Shown here one piece after another: positions 36,273 through 45,715 of a DNA stretch of 64,000 bases (position 1 is the first letter of the stretch; every line of letters starts with the position of its first letter). Source of the stretch: Acidobacteriota bacterium (GTDB lineage: Bacteria; Acidobacteriota; UBA6911; JACQSX01); the NCBI GenBank assembly GCA_036507075.1, contig DASXQR010000187.1, forward strand, positions 1 through 64,000. The letters are read 5' to 3'. The notes beneath the pieces are model-generated. The model saw nothing but the letters and a program-made list of their open reading frames with translations. It was not told the origin of the DNA and made no database searches. The translations under genes were made by a program, and so were the position numbers.

Positions 36273-38384
36273 TCATACAAACCAGGTGCTGCGTTCTTCA
36301 TCGAGCGCCAGTCTCATTTCAAATGAGTCGTCTCTGGGCCAACGCTCCAACTGCCGGTCTTCTCTCCAAACCTGCAGGAACCAGCGGACCTTAGATCCCG
36401 GCACGACGGACAGGACCGACATCGGCATTCCAATTTCCATCACTTTATGAAAAGCGAAGGTGAGAAGTGGCCGGCGCTCCCCGTGCTGAGAAACCCAAGC
36501 GGCAAAATTCTTTCCTTCGCCTTCAATTTCAAATACGCAGAATTCCGGTTGCTGAAACGAGATCTCAAATTTCAGCTTTCCCGTTGTTTTCTCGATCAGA
36601 GCGCCTTCCACGTCCAACCGCAGAAAAAAATATTCTTCGTTAAAGCCAAACCAGATCTCACGGATAACCGGTTGCGCGGCGTGCATCGCTCCGCCAATTG
36701 CGGCCGCTGTAATTCGCCCCGCCCCCAACCACTCAAAATAACTGCTGACCCGGCCGTCAAACCGGGGGTTCAGGCGGCTGGCCGGCGGTTCGATGGCCAA
36801 CGTTCCCCGCCCTTTGAGGATCGGTTGCGAGAGCTCGGCAGGCGGCTGCAGCTTCAGCTTCTGATATACGCTCTGCAGGTGCGACCGGAACAGGCGGTCA
36901 AAGTCATCCTTATAGTCGGAAGCATGATCGTCGCCGTACCACCAGAACCAGTCGCTTCCTTCCGTGACATAAATATGCTCCCAGATCTCCGGATCGGTCT
37001 CCGGGGTTGAAAGCCGGGCCGCAACCTCGCGGGTCGCCGCCAGCAGCTCCCATGCATGATTCTTTTCAGGATGGCCGATCCAGACTTTGAAGTCCGCATG
37101 AATCCATGAGCCGGTATGCAGTGACTTGAGTTCCTTCCGAGGCGCGTGTCTTCTCAGGTACTCGGAAAAGGTAACAGTCTCGACACTCGACTGGGACTGC
37201 AGCAGGGCCAGCACGTTTTCCCAAAAATGAACGCCATTCTGCGGATAGTACTCCCACGCGTTTTCACCATCCAGAATCACGGAAACTACCGAGTCCTGCG
37301 GCAGGCGCCGCGACATTTGGCCGAGCTGGTCGACGAAATCCCTGGCCGCGGCTTCGGCAGGCCAGCGCGAGTAAGTAAAGCCGACCAGATCGGACAAAGT
37401 GCGGTCCCGAAAGAATACCGCAACCGACTTTCCATGCACCGTAAACAGGTAGGGATAGAAATGAGACTCCGTACTGGTGTCCTGCAACGACAACTGCAGC
37501 ACCGCTTCATCCGAGGCGGTCCAGGCAAGACCTGCATCGATCATCATTGAGGCGACCTGGGGACTTACGGATCCTTCTGATGGCCACATCCCCGATGACA
37601 CCGCGCCAAACACCTGCTCAAACCGCCGCATCCCTTCGATAATCTGATGCCGCGCATCCTCGGGACTGCACAGCATTACCGAAGGAAGCGGAAGATCCGG
37701 CCGGGCGACGCGCGCAGACCGGGTGTCGCACAGCAAGGGAAGAATGGGATGGTATAACGGACTGCAGCTTAACTCGATTTGTCCAGTTTGATGAAGCCGG
37801 CGGTAGAGCGGAATGATCTGTGCTAAAAATTTCTTCTGTAAGGATAACAACTCGAGCTTTTCGTCTTCGGTAAAATCCTTTCCCTTGGATATCAACTGGT
37901 GAACCAGTGGCTGTTGCTGCAGGAACTGCCCTGACCAGGCGAGCTGAAACCAGACCTGCAGATCGCGATAGTCTCGTTCCAGAAACTGTTCGATTTTCCA
38001 GCTTCCTCCCGGCCGAATCGCGGACTGTCGCATCTGGAGCAGCGACCGGTAGCGCGGATACGGTAAAACCATGTTCTGCCAGTTGAGTGAAAAAAAGTTC
38101 TTGAGCAGGAATTCTTTTTCGTCGTCCTGCAGATCGGCGGCGGGTTTGGAAGCAAAGTAAAGAAAGTAATCCGAAACCTCGGTACCAGTGTAATCCTGTA
38201 ACTGCATCAGGAGCGACGGGGCCACATTGACGGTACAGCGGAAACCCGGAAAAGCCTCTACCCTGGCCACCATGTCGAAATAATCCTTGAGGGCGTGCAG
38301 GCGCACCCAGGGCATCGCATAAGTCCCGGTATGCGGATCCTTGTAGTAGGGCTGGTGCATGTGCCACAGAAATGCCAGGTACAT
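36273..38384 (-). CDS. Glycoside hydrolase family 57 (amylopullulanase-like)
   Basis: WHMHQPYY, HPILPLL, WPSEGSVS, LDGENAWE and EGSDWFWW. Confidence 0.93.
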   Translation of the reverse strand: MYLAFLWHMHQPYYKDPHTGTYAMPWVRLHALKDYFDMVARVEAFPGFRCTVNVAPSLLMQLQDYTGTEVSDYFLYFASKPAADLQDDEKEFLLKNFFSLNWQNMVLPYPRYRSLLQMRQSAIRPGGSWKIEQFLERDYRDLQVWFQLAWSGQFLQQQPLVHQLISKGKDFTEDEKLELLSLQKKFLAQIIPLYRRLHQTGQIELSCSPLYHPILPLLCDTRSARVARPDLPLPSVMLCSPEDARHQIIEGMRRFEQVFGAVSSGMWPSEGSVSPQVASMMIDAGLAWTASDEAVLQLSLQDTSTESHFYPYLFTVHGKSVAVFFRDRTLSDLVGFTYSRWPAEAAARDFVDQLGQMSRRLPQDSVVSVILDGENAWEYYPQNGVHFWENVLALLQSQSSVETVTFSEYLRRHAPRKELKSLHTGSWIHADFKVWIGHPEKNHAWELLAATREVAARLSTPETDPEIWEHIYVTEGSDWFWWYGDDHASDYKDDFDRLFRSHLQSVYQKLKLQPPAELSQPILKGRGTLAIEPPASRLNPRFDGRVSSYFEWLGAGRITAAAIGGAMHAAQPVIREIWFGFNEEYFFLRLDVEGALIEKTTGKLKFEISFQQPEFCVFEIEGEGKNFAAWVSQHGERRPLLTFAFHKVMEIGMPMSVLSVVPGSKVRWFLQVWREDRQLERWPRDDSFEMRLALDEERSTWFV

Positions 38385-38419
38385 TCTGCGCTATGGTAGC
38401 AGAGTGACTAACGCAGAAA

Positions 38420-38755
38420 ATGGGGATTCCGGAATGCGGAATGGGGATTCCGGAATGCGGAGAAGACGAGTGGACTGTAACATGTGAATCACTACCCCGG
38501 ATTATTCACAAAATACTTAACCGCGAAGACCGCCAAGAACGCCAAGAGAGCGGCAAGGACGGGGGCTGAAACTTGAAGCATGAAGACACGAAGCAGATGA
38601 AAGAAAGGGTTGATGGCCTTCATGCTTCAAGTTTCAGCCCCCGTCCTTGCCGCTTTTCTTAGCGCTCTTAGCGTTCTTGGCGGTGAAGCTTTATGCATAA
38701 CCGGGGTAGTGATTCACATGTTACAGTCCACTCGTCTTCCGCATTCCGCATTCGA
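38420..38755. mobile_element. Five-layer nested palindrome (copy D), inverted relative to copy C
   Basis: Perfect 39-bp outer arms 38462-38500/38701-38739 and 37-bp inner arms 38549-38585/38618-38654. Confidence 0.8.
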
Positions 38756-38763
38756 AGGCATCG

Positions 38764-39876
38764 TTAAAGCTTGACGGTCTTCCCCGAGCGGGCCGCCTCA
38801 TAAATGCCCATCATGATCTTCAGGTCGCGCAAGCCCTCTTCGCCTGGCGTAAGAGGTTCTGCTCCGTTCATTACGCACTCGGTGAGATGGTCCATCTCAA
38901 GAGTAAAGTGGTTTTCCTGGGGCAAAACACGCTCCTCGGTCACATTGCCCTTCTTCACAAACATGCGCAAACCCGTGTATGAGGTGGCCGGTTCCAGCTC
39001 AAACCATCCTTGATTGGTAACGACACGATAGCGATTCTGGCCCGCATAACCGTAGCTGGAAGTACAGTTGGCGAGCACCCCGCTGGGAAATCGCAGCTGG
39101 AAATTGATGGCCTCCTCGACTTCACGGAAGCGACTGTCACCGGGCGTGCTGTACATCATGGCATTTACTTCGGCCGGCTCTTCGCCCGTGATATAGCGAG
39201 TCGCCTGAAGGCTGTAGATGCCAATGTCCATCAGCGATCCTCCGCCCGCGAGAACCTTGTTCAATCGCCACTGTGCGGGGTCACCGATGTTGAATCCGTG
39301 GTCTCCCACGATTACCTTGATCGGGCCCAGTTCCTTGTCACGCGCCATCTTGATCATTGCGCGATTAAACGGCTCGTACCGGCATCGATAAGCCACCATT
39401 AGTTTTCGATTGGCTTTGCGGCTCGCGTCAACCATTTCCTGACAATCCTTTGGAGTGTTTGCCATCGGCTTTTCGGTCAGGACGTGCTTGCCGGCTTGTG
39501 CCGCGCGGATGGTGTACTCGGCGTGCATGCCGTTGGGCAGTACCACGTAAACAATGTCGATTTCAGGATTGTCGCGGATGCTATCGTAATTCTGGTAGTT
39601 GTAAATATTCTTTGGGCTGACGCCGTATCGAAGCGCCAGCTTGTTGGCCTTGTCCGGATGGCCGCTCACGAAAGCCGAGATCTTTGATTTTTCACACTTG
39701 GCGAAAGCGGGAAGAATCTGATTGATGGCAAGATTCCCCAGCCCGACTATCGCCCAGCCGAGCTTCTTACCCGGCGGCTCAGGTACCCGCTGAGCCTGCA
39801 ACGGCGAAATTAAAGCGCTGCTGACGCCTGCGGCAGCCAGCTTCAAAAAATCACGTCGGGCACTTTGGCTAGTCAT
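38764..39876 (-). CDS. Gfo/Idh/MocA oxidoreductase with Tat signal (glucose-fructose oxidoreductase-like)
   Basis: RRDFLK, VGLG, EKPMA and GGGSLMDIGIY. Confidence 0.92.
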   Translation of the reverse strand: MTSQSARRDFLKLAAAGVSSALISPLQAQRVPEPPGKKLGWAIVGLGNLAINQILPAFAKCEKSKISAFVSGHPDKANKLALRYGVSPKNIYNYQNYDSIRDNPEIDIVYVVLPNGMHAEYTIRAAQAGKHVLTEKPMANTPKDCQEMVDASRKANRKLMVAYRCRYEPFNRAMIKMARDKELGPIKVIVGDHGFNIGDPAQWRLNKVLAGGGSLMDIGIYSLQATRYITGEEPAEVNAMMYSTPGDSRFREVEEAINFQLRFPSGVLANCTSSYGYAGQNRYRVVTNQGWFELEPATSYTGLRMFVKKGNVTEERVLPQENHFTLEMDHLTECVMNGAEPLTPGEEGLRDLKIMMGIYEAARSGKTVKL

Positions 39877-39896
39877 TTAGACCTCCAAACAAGATA

Positions 39897-40175
39897 TGGG
39901 TTATCGCGTTCGCGGGTTACGGGTTCCGGGTTATCGCGTTCGCGCGTTACGGGTTCCGGGTTTCCGGGTCGCGGGTTTGCGGGTTACGGGCTAAGGTGCG
40001 ATTGGAAATTCATAACGAAAATTCCGCAGTCCTGAGATTCAACAATTTCTTAATTTCGACAATTTCTTAACAAGAGGAACCCATGACCCCTAACACACTA
40101 CCCGTAACCCGCAAACCTGTAACCCGTAACCCGCTAACCCGTAACCCGTAACCCGCTAATCCGGAAACGCGCAAC
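39897..40175. repeat. Inverted GGGTTAC/GTAACCC heptamer arrays with AT-rich centre
   Basis: Read directly. Confidence 0.85.
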
Positions 40176-40181
40176 GCGCGT

Positions 40182-40835
40182 TTAGCGCGCGCGCCGGTAT
40201 TGCGCCAGCAGCGGATCGATGACCTGTCTCCAGTTGTCCAGTGTCCATTCCTCGCTCGCCTGGATGCCGGCCCCGTTGATGGCAAACGACGGAGTTCCGT
40301 TCATCCCGCGCCCTGCGCCGAATTTCCACGACTGGCGAACGCGAGTGTTGTAGTCGCGATTGTCCATGCCTTTGGTAAAGAATTCACGGTCTACGCCTAT
40401 GCTCTCGGCATATTCAGTAAATTTGCCCAATACTTCTTTCTTGTCTGTCAACTTGTTCCAGTCATCCTGCTTCTCATAGAGCAGTTCGGCCATCTCCCAG
40501 AACTTTCCTTTTTCGTGCGCCACCTCGGCCGCCTGAGATGCGTCAAACGCGTTTCTGTGATAGGGAAGCGGCAAGTGATGCTGGATGAAGCGCAGATTCT
40601 CGCCATAATGCGCCATCAACTGTTTCATCACCGGCCAGGCCTTCTTGCTGTCGGGACACTGAAAGTCAGCAAATTCCTCAAGGGTCAACGGGGCGGCCGT
40701 CGATCCTTTTACATGGGCCCCGGGAACCACTGCTGCCGTGAGCATGCGCCGGAACTCCGGAGTCAGTTCCTGACTCATCGCTTCCCGCGCTCCAACAACC
40801 ATGATCGCTACAGCGAGAATTCTGTGGATTATCAT
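40182..40835 (-). CDS. DsbA-like thioredoxin-fold protein with CxxS (CPDS) site
   Basis: EEFADFQCPDS, PLPYH, GKFWEM and GTPSF. Confidence 0.88.
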   Translation of the reverse strand: MIIHRILAVAIMVVGAREAMSQELTPEFRRMLTAAVVPGAHVKGSTAAPLTLEEFADFQCPDSKKAWPVMKQLMAHYGENLRFIQHHLPLPYHRNAFDASQAAEVAHEKGKFWEMAELLYEKQDDWNKLTDKKEVLGKFTEYAESIGVDREFFTKGMDNRDYNTRVRQSWKFGAGRGMNGTPSFAINGAGIQASEEWTLDNWRQVIDPLLAQYRRAR

Positions 40836-40849
40836 ACATTTCCTTTCGC

Positions 40850-40993
40850 ACTTCGGAATGCGGATTTGTCAAAATGCGGATTTCGGAATGCGGAATGCGG
40901 AATAAAGAAGTTATTTTTTTTTCAGATTCGAACAATCAATTCAGATATATTCCGCATTCCGCATTCCGTATTCCACATTCACCATTCCGCATT
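40850..40993. repeat. Inverted GAATGCG/ATTCCGC heptamer arrays
   Basis: Read directly. Confidence 0.85.
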
Positions 40994-41007
40994 TTGAGAA
41001 ATTCGCC

Positions 41008-42822
41008 TCACTTTCCAAATATCCGGTTGAACTCTGCCGGGTCGGCCTTGGGCTTGCGATCATAAGTCATCAATCCGTTGATTTCCTGCTCCACATCGGT
41101 AAGCTGCGTGTAACAGTAACCGGCAAACAACGTATTGGCTCGCAGCGCTTTAAGCAGGCCTTCCAGCCGTTGGAGCATCGATTCTTTGGTCGGTTCAATG
41201 CCTGAATACCCCCACTCGTTTTCGCGCAACGGCACTCCCATACGGTAAGCAACGCCGCCGAATTCGGACAGAATCACCGGGGCGCCGTTGTATTGATATC
41301 CAAAAGCCAGCGCTTCCCTGCCGTTGCGCGGGATCCTGTTGCGATCCGCCTCCGCGTCTTTGTACCGGGCAGCCAGCACCTCACCGGTGCGGGCATAGTC
41401 ATGAACGGTGAAAAGATCGGTTTCATCCGTGTGCTCCCACCCGTCGTTGTCCACCACGAGGCGTGTGGGATCGAGCGAACGAATCAGATGGTACATGGTC
41501 TTGGCGTGCTGCTGCTGGGCCGCGTCCGTCAAAATTCGGGGGACACCCCAGCTTTCATTAATAGGGACCCAGACGATGATGCAGGGGTGATTGAAATCCC
41601 TTGCGACAATCTGCTGCCACTCGTCCGTGAATCTTGAGACGTAGGTGTCGTTGAAGGCCTGAGCGTTTGCCATTTCGCCCCACACCAGGAAACCTAATTT
41701 GTCGCACCAGTAGAGCCATCGGGGATCCTCGACCTTTTGATGTTTGCGCGCCCCGTTGAAGCCGAAAGCTTTTGCCATTTTGACATCAAACTGCATTGCT
41801 TCATCGGTCGGCGGTGTCAGAATCCCTTCGGGCCAGTAACCCTGGTCTAGGACCAGCCTCAAATAGTAAGGCGCATTGTTGAGAAAGACCTTCCCGCCAT
41901 GCACCGCAATTTTCCGCTGCCCGAAATAGCCGTCCACCTTGTCCAGTACGCGGTTGTCGGAGGCAACCAGTTCCAAAGTGAGGTCATAGAGCGTCGGCCT
42001 CTCCGGGCTCCAGAGCTGCTGGCCCGTCAATTTCAGGATGGCCACGGGCTGCTCATTCTGGGTTGTGATCTCCGATTGAGCCTGCAAGGCTCCGTTAAGG
42101 CGCACCGTGGTGCGGAGCTTCGAAACAGGAGCGGAGCGACTTAATAAGACCTCCACGCTTACCTGTGAGCGATCCACATCGGGAATGACGCGGAATCGGG
42201 TAATATGCACCGGATCTACGGCTTCCAGCCAGACCGGCTGCCAGATGCCGGTCGTGCGCGTGTACCAGATGCTCTCGGATTTCGGTTTCCAGTACTGTTT
42301 TCCTCGGGGAATGCTCAAATCGGTGGAAGGATCAAAAACGCGCAGCATTATGGTATTGTCGCCCGGCCTCAACCGATCCGTGATATCGGCGGAAAACGGC
42401 ACATGCCCCCCGCGGTGCAGCGTCACCTGATCCCCATTGACCCATACTATGGCCTCATAATCGACCGCGCCGAAGCTCAAAATTGTGCGCCGATTCCGCC
42501 ATTGTTCGGGAATCTGGATGACACGCCGGTACCAGACGACATCGTGATACGAGGTGTCCTCGATACCGCTCAATTTGCTCTGGAAACAGTAGGGCACGAT
42601 GATGCTCCTGGAGAACTTCTTCGATCCCGCATACCACCTTTCGCCCATGCCCCGGTCGGAATCGTCAAACTCAAATTCCCATCTCCCGTTGAGCGCAAGC
42701 CAGTCAGATCGAACGAAGTCGGGGCGGGGGAATTCCGAACGAGGAACGGCCGCAGATTGTGCCCAGAGGCAGAGGGGTAAAGACGATATAAACAGCAGGC
42801 AGAAGCGCAGTAGTTTGATCAT
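41008..42822 (-). CDS. Glycoside hydrolase family 2
   Basis: PRPDF, FGAVDY, GIWQPVWLE, LDQGYWP, INESWG and LSEFGG. Confidence 0.92.
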   Translation of the reverse strand: MIKLLRFCLLFISSLPLCLWAQSAAVPRSEFPRPDFVRSDWLALNGRWEFEFDDSDRGMGERWYAGSKKFSRSIIVPYCFQSKLSGIEDTSYHDVVWYRRVIQIPEQWRNRRTILSFGAVDYEAIVWVNGDQVTLHRGGHVPFSADITDRLRPGDNTIMLRVFDPSTDLSIPRGKQYWKPKSESIWYTRTTGIWQPVWLEAVDPVHITRFRVIPDVDRSQVSVEVLLSRSAPVSKLRTTVRLNGALQAQSEITTQNEQPVAILKLTGQQLWSPERPTLYDLTLELVASDNRVLDKVDGYFGQRKIAVHGGKVFLNNAPYYLRLVLDQGYWPEGILTPPTDEAMQFDVKMAKAFGFNGARKHQKVEDPRWLYWCDKLGFLVWGEMANAQAFNDTYVSRFTDEWQQIVARDFNHPCIIVWVPINESWGVPRILTDAAQQQHAKTMYHLIRSLDPTRLVVDNDGWEHTDETDLFTVHDYARTGEVLAARYKDAEADRNRIPRNGREALAFGYQYNGAPVILSEFGGVAYRMGVPLRENEWGYSGIEPTKESMLQRLEGLLKALRANTLFAGYCYTQLTDVEQEINGLMTYDRKPKADPAEFNRIFGK

Positions 42823-42912
42823 ACGTTTAACCGAGGTTGAAAGTGAATTTTACGACAGATGATTCCGTTTTCACCACAAAGACCACTACCTGAATTTGAC
42901 AGGAACCGCTCA

Positions 42913-43626
42913 ATGGTCGACAATTTTCAGGAGATGACCAAAGAACAGGAAGCGATTTTGGGGGAGTCAACCCCGGCGGCTGTCGCCGACAAACTCACCG
43001 TCCACGAGATTTTTTACAGTATTCAGGGCGAGTCCAGTTACATGGGCTTGCCGTGCGTCTTTGTGCGCCTGACAGCCTGCAATCTTCGCTGCGCTTACTG
43101 CGACACGGAATACGCCTTCTACGAAGGCCGGGACATGACTATCGAAGAAATACTGTCCCGGGTGACCTCTTTTGGCTGCGATCTGGTCGAAGTCACCGGA
43201 GGCGAACCGCTTCTGCAGTCGGCGGTGATTACTTTGATTCGCGAGCTGATTAAAAACGGGAAAGAAGTGCTGGTGGAAACAGGCGGAAGCCTGGATATCT
43301 CGTCTCTGCCCCGGCAAACCGTCATTATTCTGGATATCAAGACACCCGGATCAAAGATGGAGCATAAGAATCTGTGGTCCAATCTCGACCATCTGAAAGC
43401 TTCTGACCAGATCAAATTCGTGGTCTGCGATCGCGGGGATTATGAGTGGTCGCGGGACATCATACGACAGCACCGGCTGGACGAAAGATTTCACCTTCTG
43501 ATTTCACCGGTGCACGGCGGCAACTTGTCAGATCTTGCGAGCTGGATTCTGGAGGATCAGCTGAAGGTCAGGCTCCAGATTCAATTGCACAAATACATCT
43601 GGGGCGCCGATGCCCGCGGCGTCTAA
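42913..43626 (+). CDS. queE: 7-carboxy-7-deazaguanine synthase (radical SAM)
   Basis: EIFYSIQGE, CNLRCAYCDT, TGGEPL and QLHKYIW; start uncertain. Confidence 0.93.
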   Translation: MVDNFQEMTKEQEAILGESTPAAVADKLTVHEIFYSIQGESSYMGLPCVFVRLTACNLRCAYCDTEYAFYEGRDMTIEEILSRVTSFGCDLVEVTGGEPLLQSAVITLIRELIKNGKEVLVETGGSLDISSLPRQTVIILDIKTPGSKMEHKNLWSNLDHLKASDQIKFVVCDRGDYEWSRDIIRQHRLDERFHLLISPVHGGNLSDLASWILEDQLKVRLQIQLHKYIWGADARGV

Positions 43627-43629
43627 AAA

Positions 43630-43810
43630 ACTGAACCGCCAAGAGCGCAAAGAACGCCAGGGATATCTTTTCTGTTAGAAGCAAGCTTTGCGGAGCCTGA
43701 CAATTGGCACGCCGCACACACTTGATGCTCTTCGCCTGTTGAAATAATCAGGCCAAATCAGAGACTTGGCGTTCTTTGCGCTCTTGGCGGTTCAGTTTTG
43801 GCGGTTCAGT
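43630..43810. repeat. CTGAACCGCCAAGAG...CTCTTGGCGGTTCAG palindromic element
   Basis: Same family as 24910-25070. Confidence 0.8.
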
Positions 43811-43811
43811 C

Positions 43812-44798
43812 TTAAGGAATGGCGAATTCCACATCCCGTAGTTCTGCCAGTTCATCCTTCATATATTTCTTCAGGCGATCAGCCACCTTCTTTTCCGCAA
43901 CGCGGATCGCTTCGCGGGTTACGCCAAATTTGTCGGCAATCTCCTGAAGTGTTTTGGGATTTTCCGCCACCAGGCGTTCCAACAGGATAACCCGGTCACG
44001 CTCCTTCAAGTCTTTCGCAAAAGCGGTGAGCTTCTCGTTTAGAAGCTTTTTCAATTCACCCTGTGCCAGTCTTTCATCGATTAATTCCTCCGCGCTCGCC
44101 AGTCGATCCATAACTCTGGTCTCATTATCGTCGCCGACGGGCTGCTCGAGCGAAACATCAGTGGAATTGAGCGCCTTTTCTACTTCAATCACATCTTCCT
44201 CCCTGACGCTCAGGCGTTTGGCCAGCAACTGGGGCGTCGGGTCGAATCCTTCCAGGCGAAGGCGCTCCTTTTCACGGCGCAGGTTGAAAAGCAGTTTCCG
44301 GCGGTCATTGGTGGTGCCCACTTTGACAATGCGGTAATTGTCCAGGATGAACTTGATGATGAACGCCTTGATCCAGTAGCTTGCATAGGTGGGAAGGCGT
44401 GTCCCTTTTCCGGGATCATAATGCTTCACCGCCTGAATGAGGCCTATGTTTCCTTCCTGAATAAGATCCATCAGATTGGCGTAGACGCGGTGGTAGATCA
44501 TTGCGATGCGAACCACCAGGCGAAGATTGGCCGTAACCAGGCGGAATCCCGCCTGGGAATCGCCCGTTTCACGGAACAGCCGCGTCAACTTCTGCTCTTC
44601 TTCTGGGGTGAGCGGCTCGTAGTCGCTGATCTCCAACAAGTAACGGCGAAGCGGATCAAGCCGGGCGATCTCCTTCTTATCCGCCAGAACCTTATCCTTG
44701 GGTTCGACTTCACGCGGCAGTATTTCGTCCATCGACTGCAGCGCGAAATCATCAGGCTGCGGGCCCTCAACCAGTTCGTCATCCATATTCATTTTCAT
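43812..44798 (-). CDS. RNA polymerase sigma factor, RpoH/sigma-32-like
   Basis: LVTANLRLVV, DLIQEGNIGL, VKVGTT..RRKLLFNL (RpoH box-like) and TLQEIA..FGVTRE. Confidence 0.88.
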   Translation of the reverse strand: MKMNMDDELVEGPQPDDFALQSMDEILPREVEPKDKVLADKKEIARLDPLRRYLLEISDYEPLTPEEEQKLTRLFRETGDSQAGFRLVTANLRLVVRIAMIYHRVYANLMDLIQEGNIGLIQAVKHYDPGKGTRLPTYASYWIKAFIIKFILDNYRIVKVGTTNDRRKLLFNLRREKERLRLEGFDPTPQLLAKRLSVREEDVIEVEKALNSTDVSLEQPVGDDNETRVMDRLASAEELIDERLAQGELKKLLNEKLTAFAKDLKERDRVILLERLVAENPKTLQEIADKFGVTREAIRVAEKKVADRLKKYMKDELAELRDVEFAIP

Positions 44799-44848
44799 TC
44801 TTTCACAACACGCGACTACAGTGCCAAAAACCCCCAGGCCGCGAGTTT

Positions 44849-44980
44849 GCCACGAAGCCACGAAGGCACGAAGATGTAAACTGGTCTTAGAGTGTCACTT
44901 CAAAGAACATGATTGTGGATTTCGTAATGTGTCACTTCGGAGTAAATACGAAGACCTTCGTGTCTTCGTGCCTTCGTGGC
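44849..44980. repeat. GCCACGAAG...CTTCGTGGC octamer palindrome
   Basis: Mirror arms; internal direct repeat GTGTCACTTC. Confidence 0.75.
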
Positions 44981-45017
44981 AGCTGGTCGCGGCTCTGAAG
45001 TTTGCGGACTTATCCAT

Positions 45018-45488
45018 TTACTGCTGCTTTGGCCATAGGTCTCCTCTGAGTTGGCGCAGGGCTTCAAACGCGACTACGCCCACGGCGGTGGAAAGATTTA
45101 AGCTTCGAACCGGTCCATCCATTGGTATGTAGGCCGTTCGGTCGGCGAACGCGGCCAGCAGGTCCGCGGGCAGCCCGGCGGTCTCCCGACCGAAGACAAG
45201 ATAGTCTCCGTCCTGATAACGGATGGCGCTGTAAAGCTGACGGCCGCGAGTGGAGAAGAGGTAAAAATTCTTGCCTTCGAGCTCATTCCAGAATTTCTTC
45301 GCTTCCGGGTGGCGCACCAGTTGAACATGCGACCAGTAGTCCAGACCCGCCCGCTTGAGCGTGCGATCAGTGATGCGAAATCCCAAACGACCCACCAGGT
45401 GCAACACTGAGCCTGTAGCGGCACAGAGCCGCGCGATGTTTCCCGTATTAGGCGGAATTTCCGGTTCGATCAAGACAATGTGGAGCAT
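45018..45488 (-). CDS. trmL: tRNA (cytidine/uridine-34 2'-O)-methyltransferase
   Basis: PEIPPNTGNIARLC, RAGLDYW, FGRETAGL and RSLNLS. Confidence 0.95.
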   Translation of the reverse strand: MLHIVLIEPEIPPNTGNIARLCAATGSVLHLVGRLGFRITDRTLKRAGLDYWSHVQLVRHPEAKKFWNELEGKNFYLFSTRGRQLYSAIRYQDGDYLVFGRETAGLPADLLAAFADRTAYIPMDGPVRSLNLSTAVGVVAFEALRQLRGDLWPKQQ

Positions 45489-45509
45489 GGCGGTCGTTGC
45501 AGGGTTTTA

Positions 45510-45715
45510 GTTATGAAGGTTTATGAAGAGTTATGAAGAGGAATGAAGGGGAAGGAAGGAGCCGGCATCCGAACCGCGCGCGTAAGCAAGCGGACCCTCC
45601 CAAGTAACGATTAACATCAAATTAGTGAGAAGTCCTGCATCCAGTGTCCGCTTGCTTACGCGCGCGGTTCGGATGCCGGCTCCGTTCCTTCCCCCCTTCT
45701 TCCCCTTCATAACCC
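45510..45715. repeat. REP-like doublet with perfect 38-bp arms inside ATGAAG decamer arrays
   Basis: 45558-45595 pairs with 45646-45683 (GAACCGCGCGCGTAAGCAAGCGG core). Confidence 0.9.
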
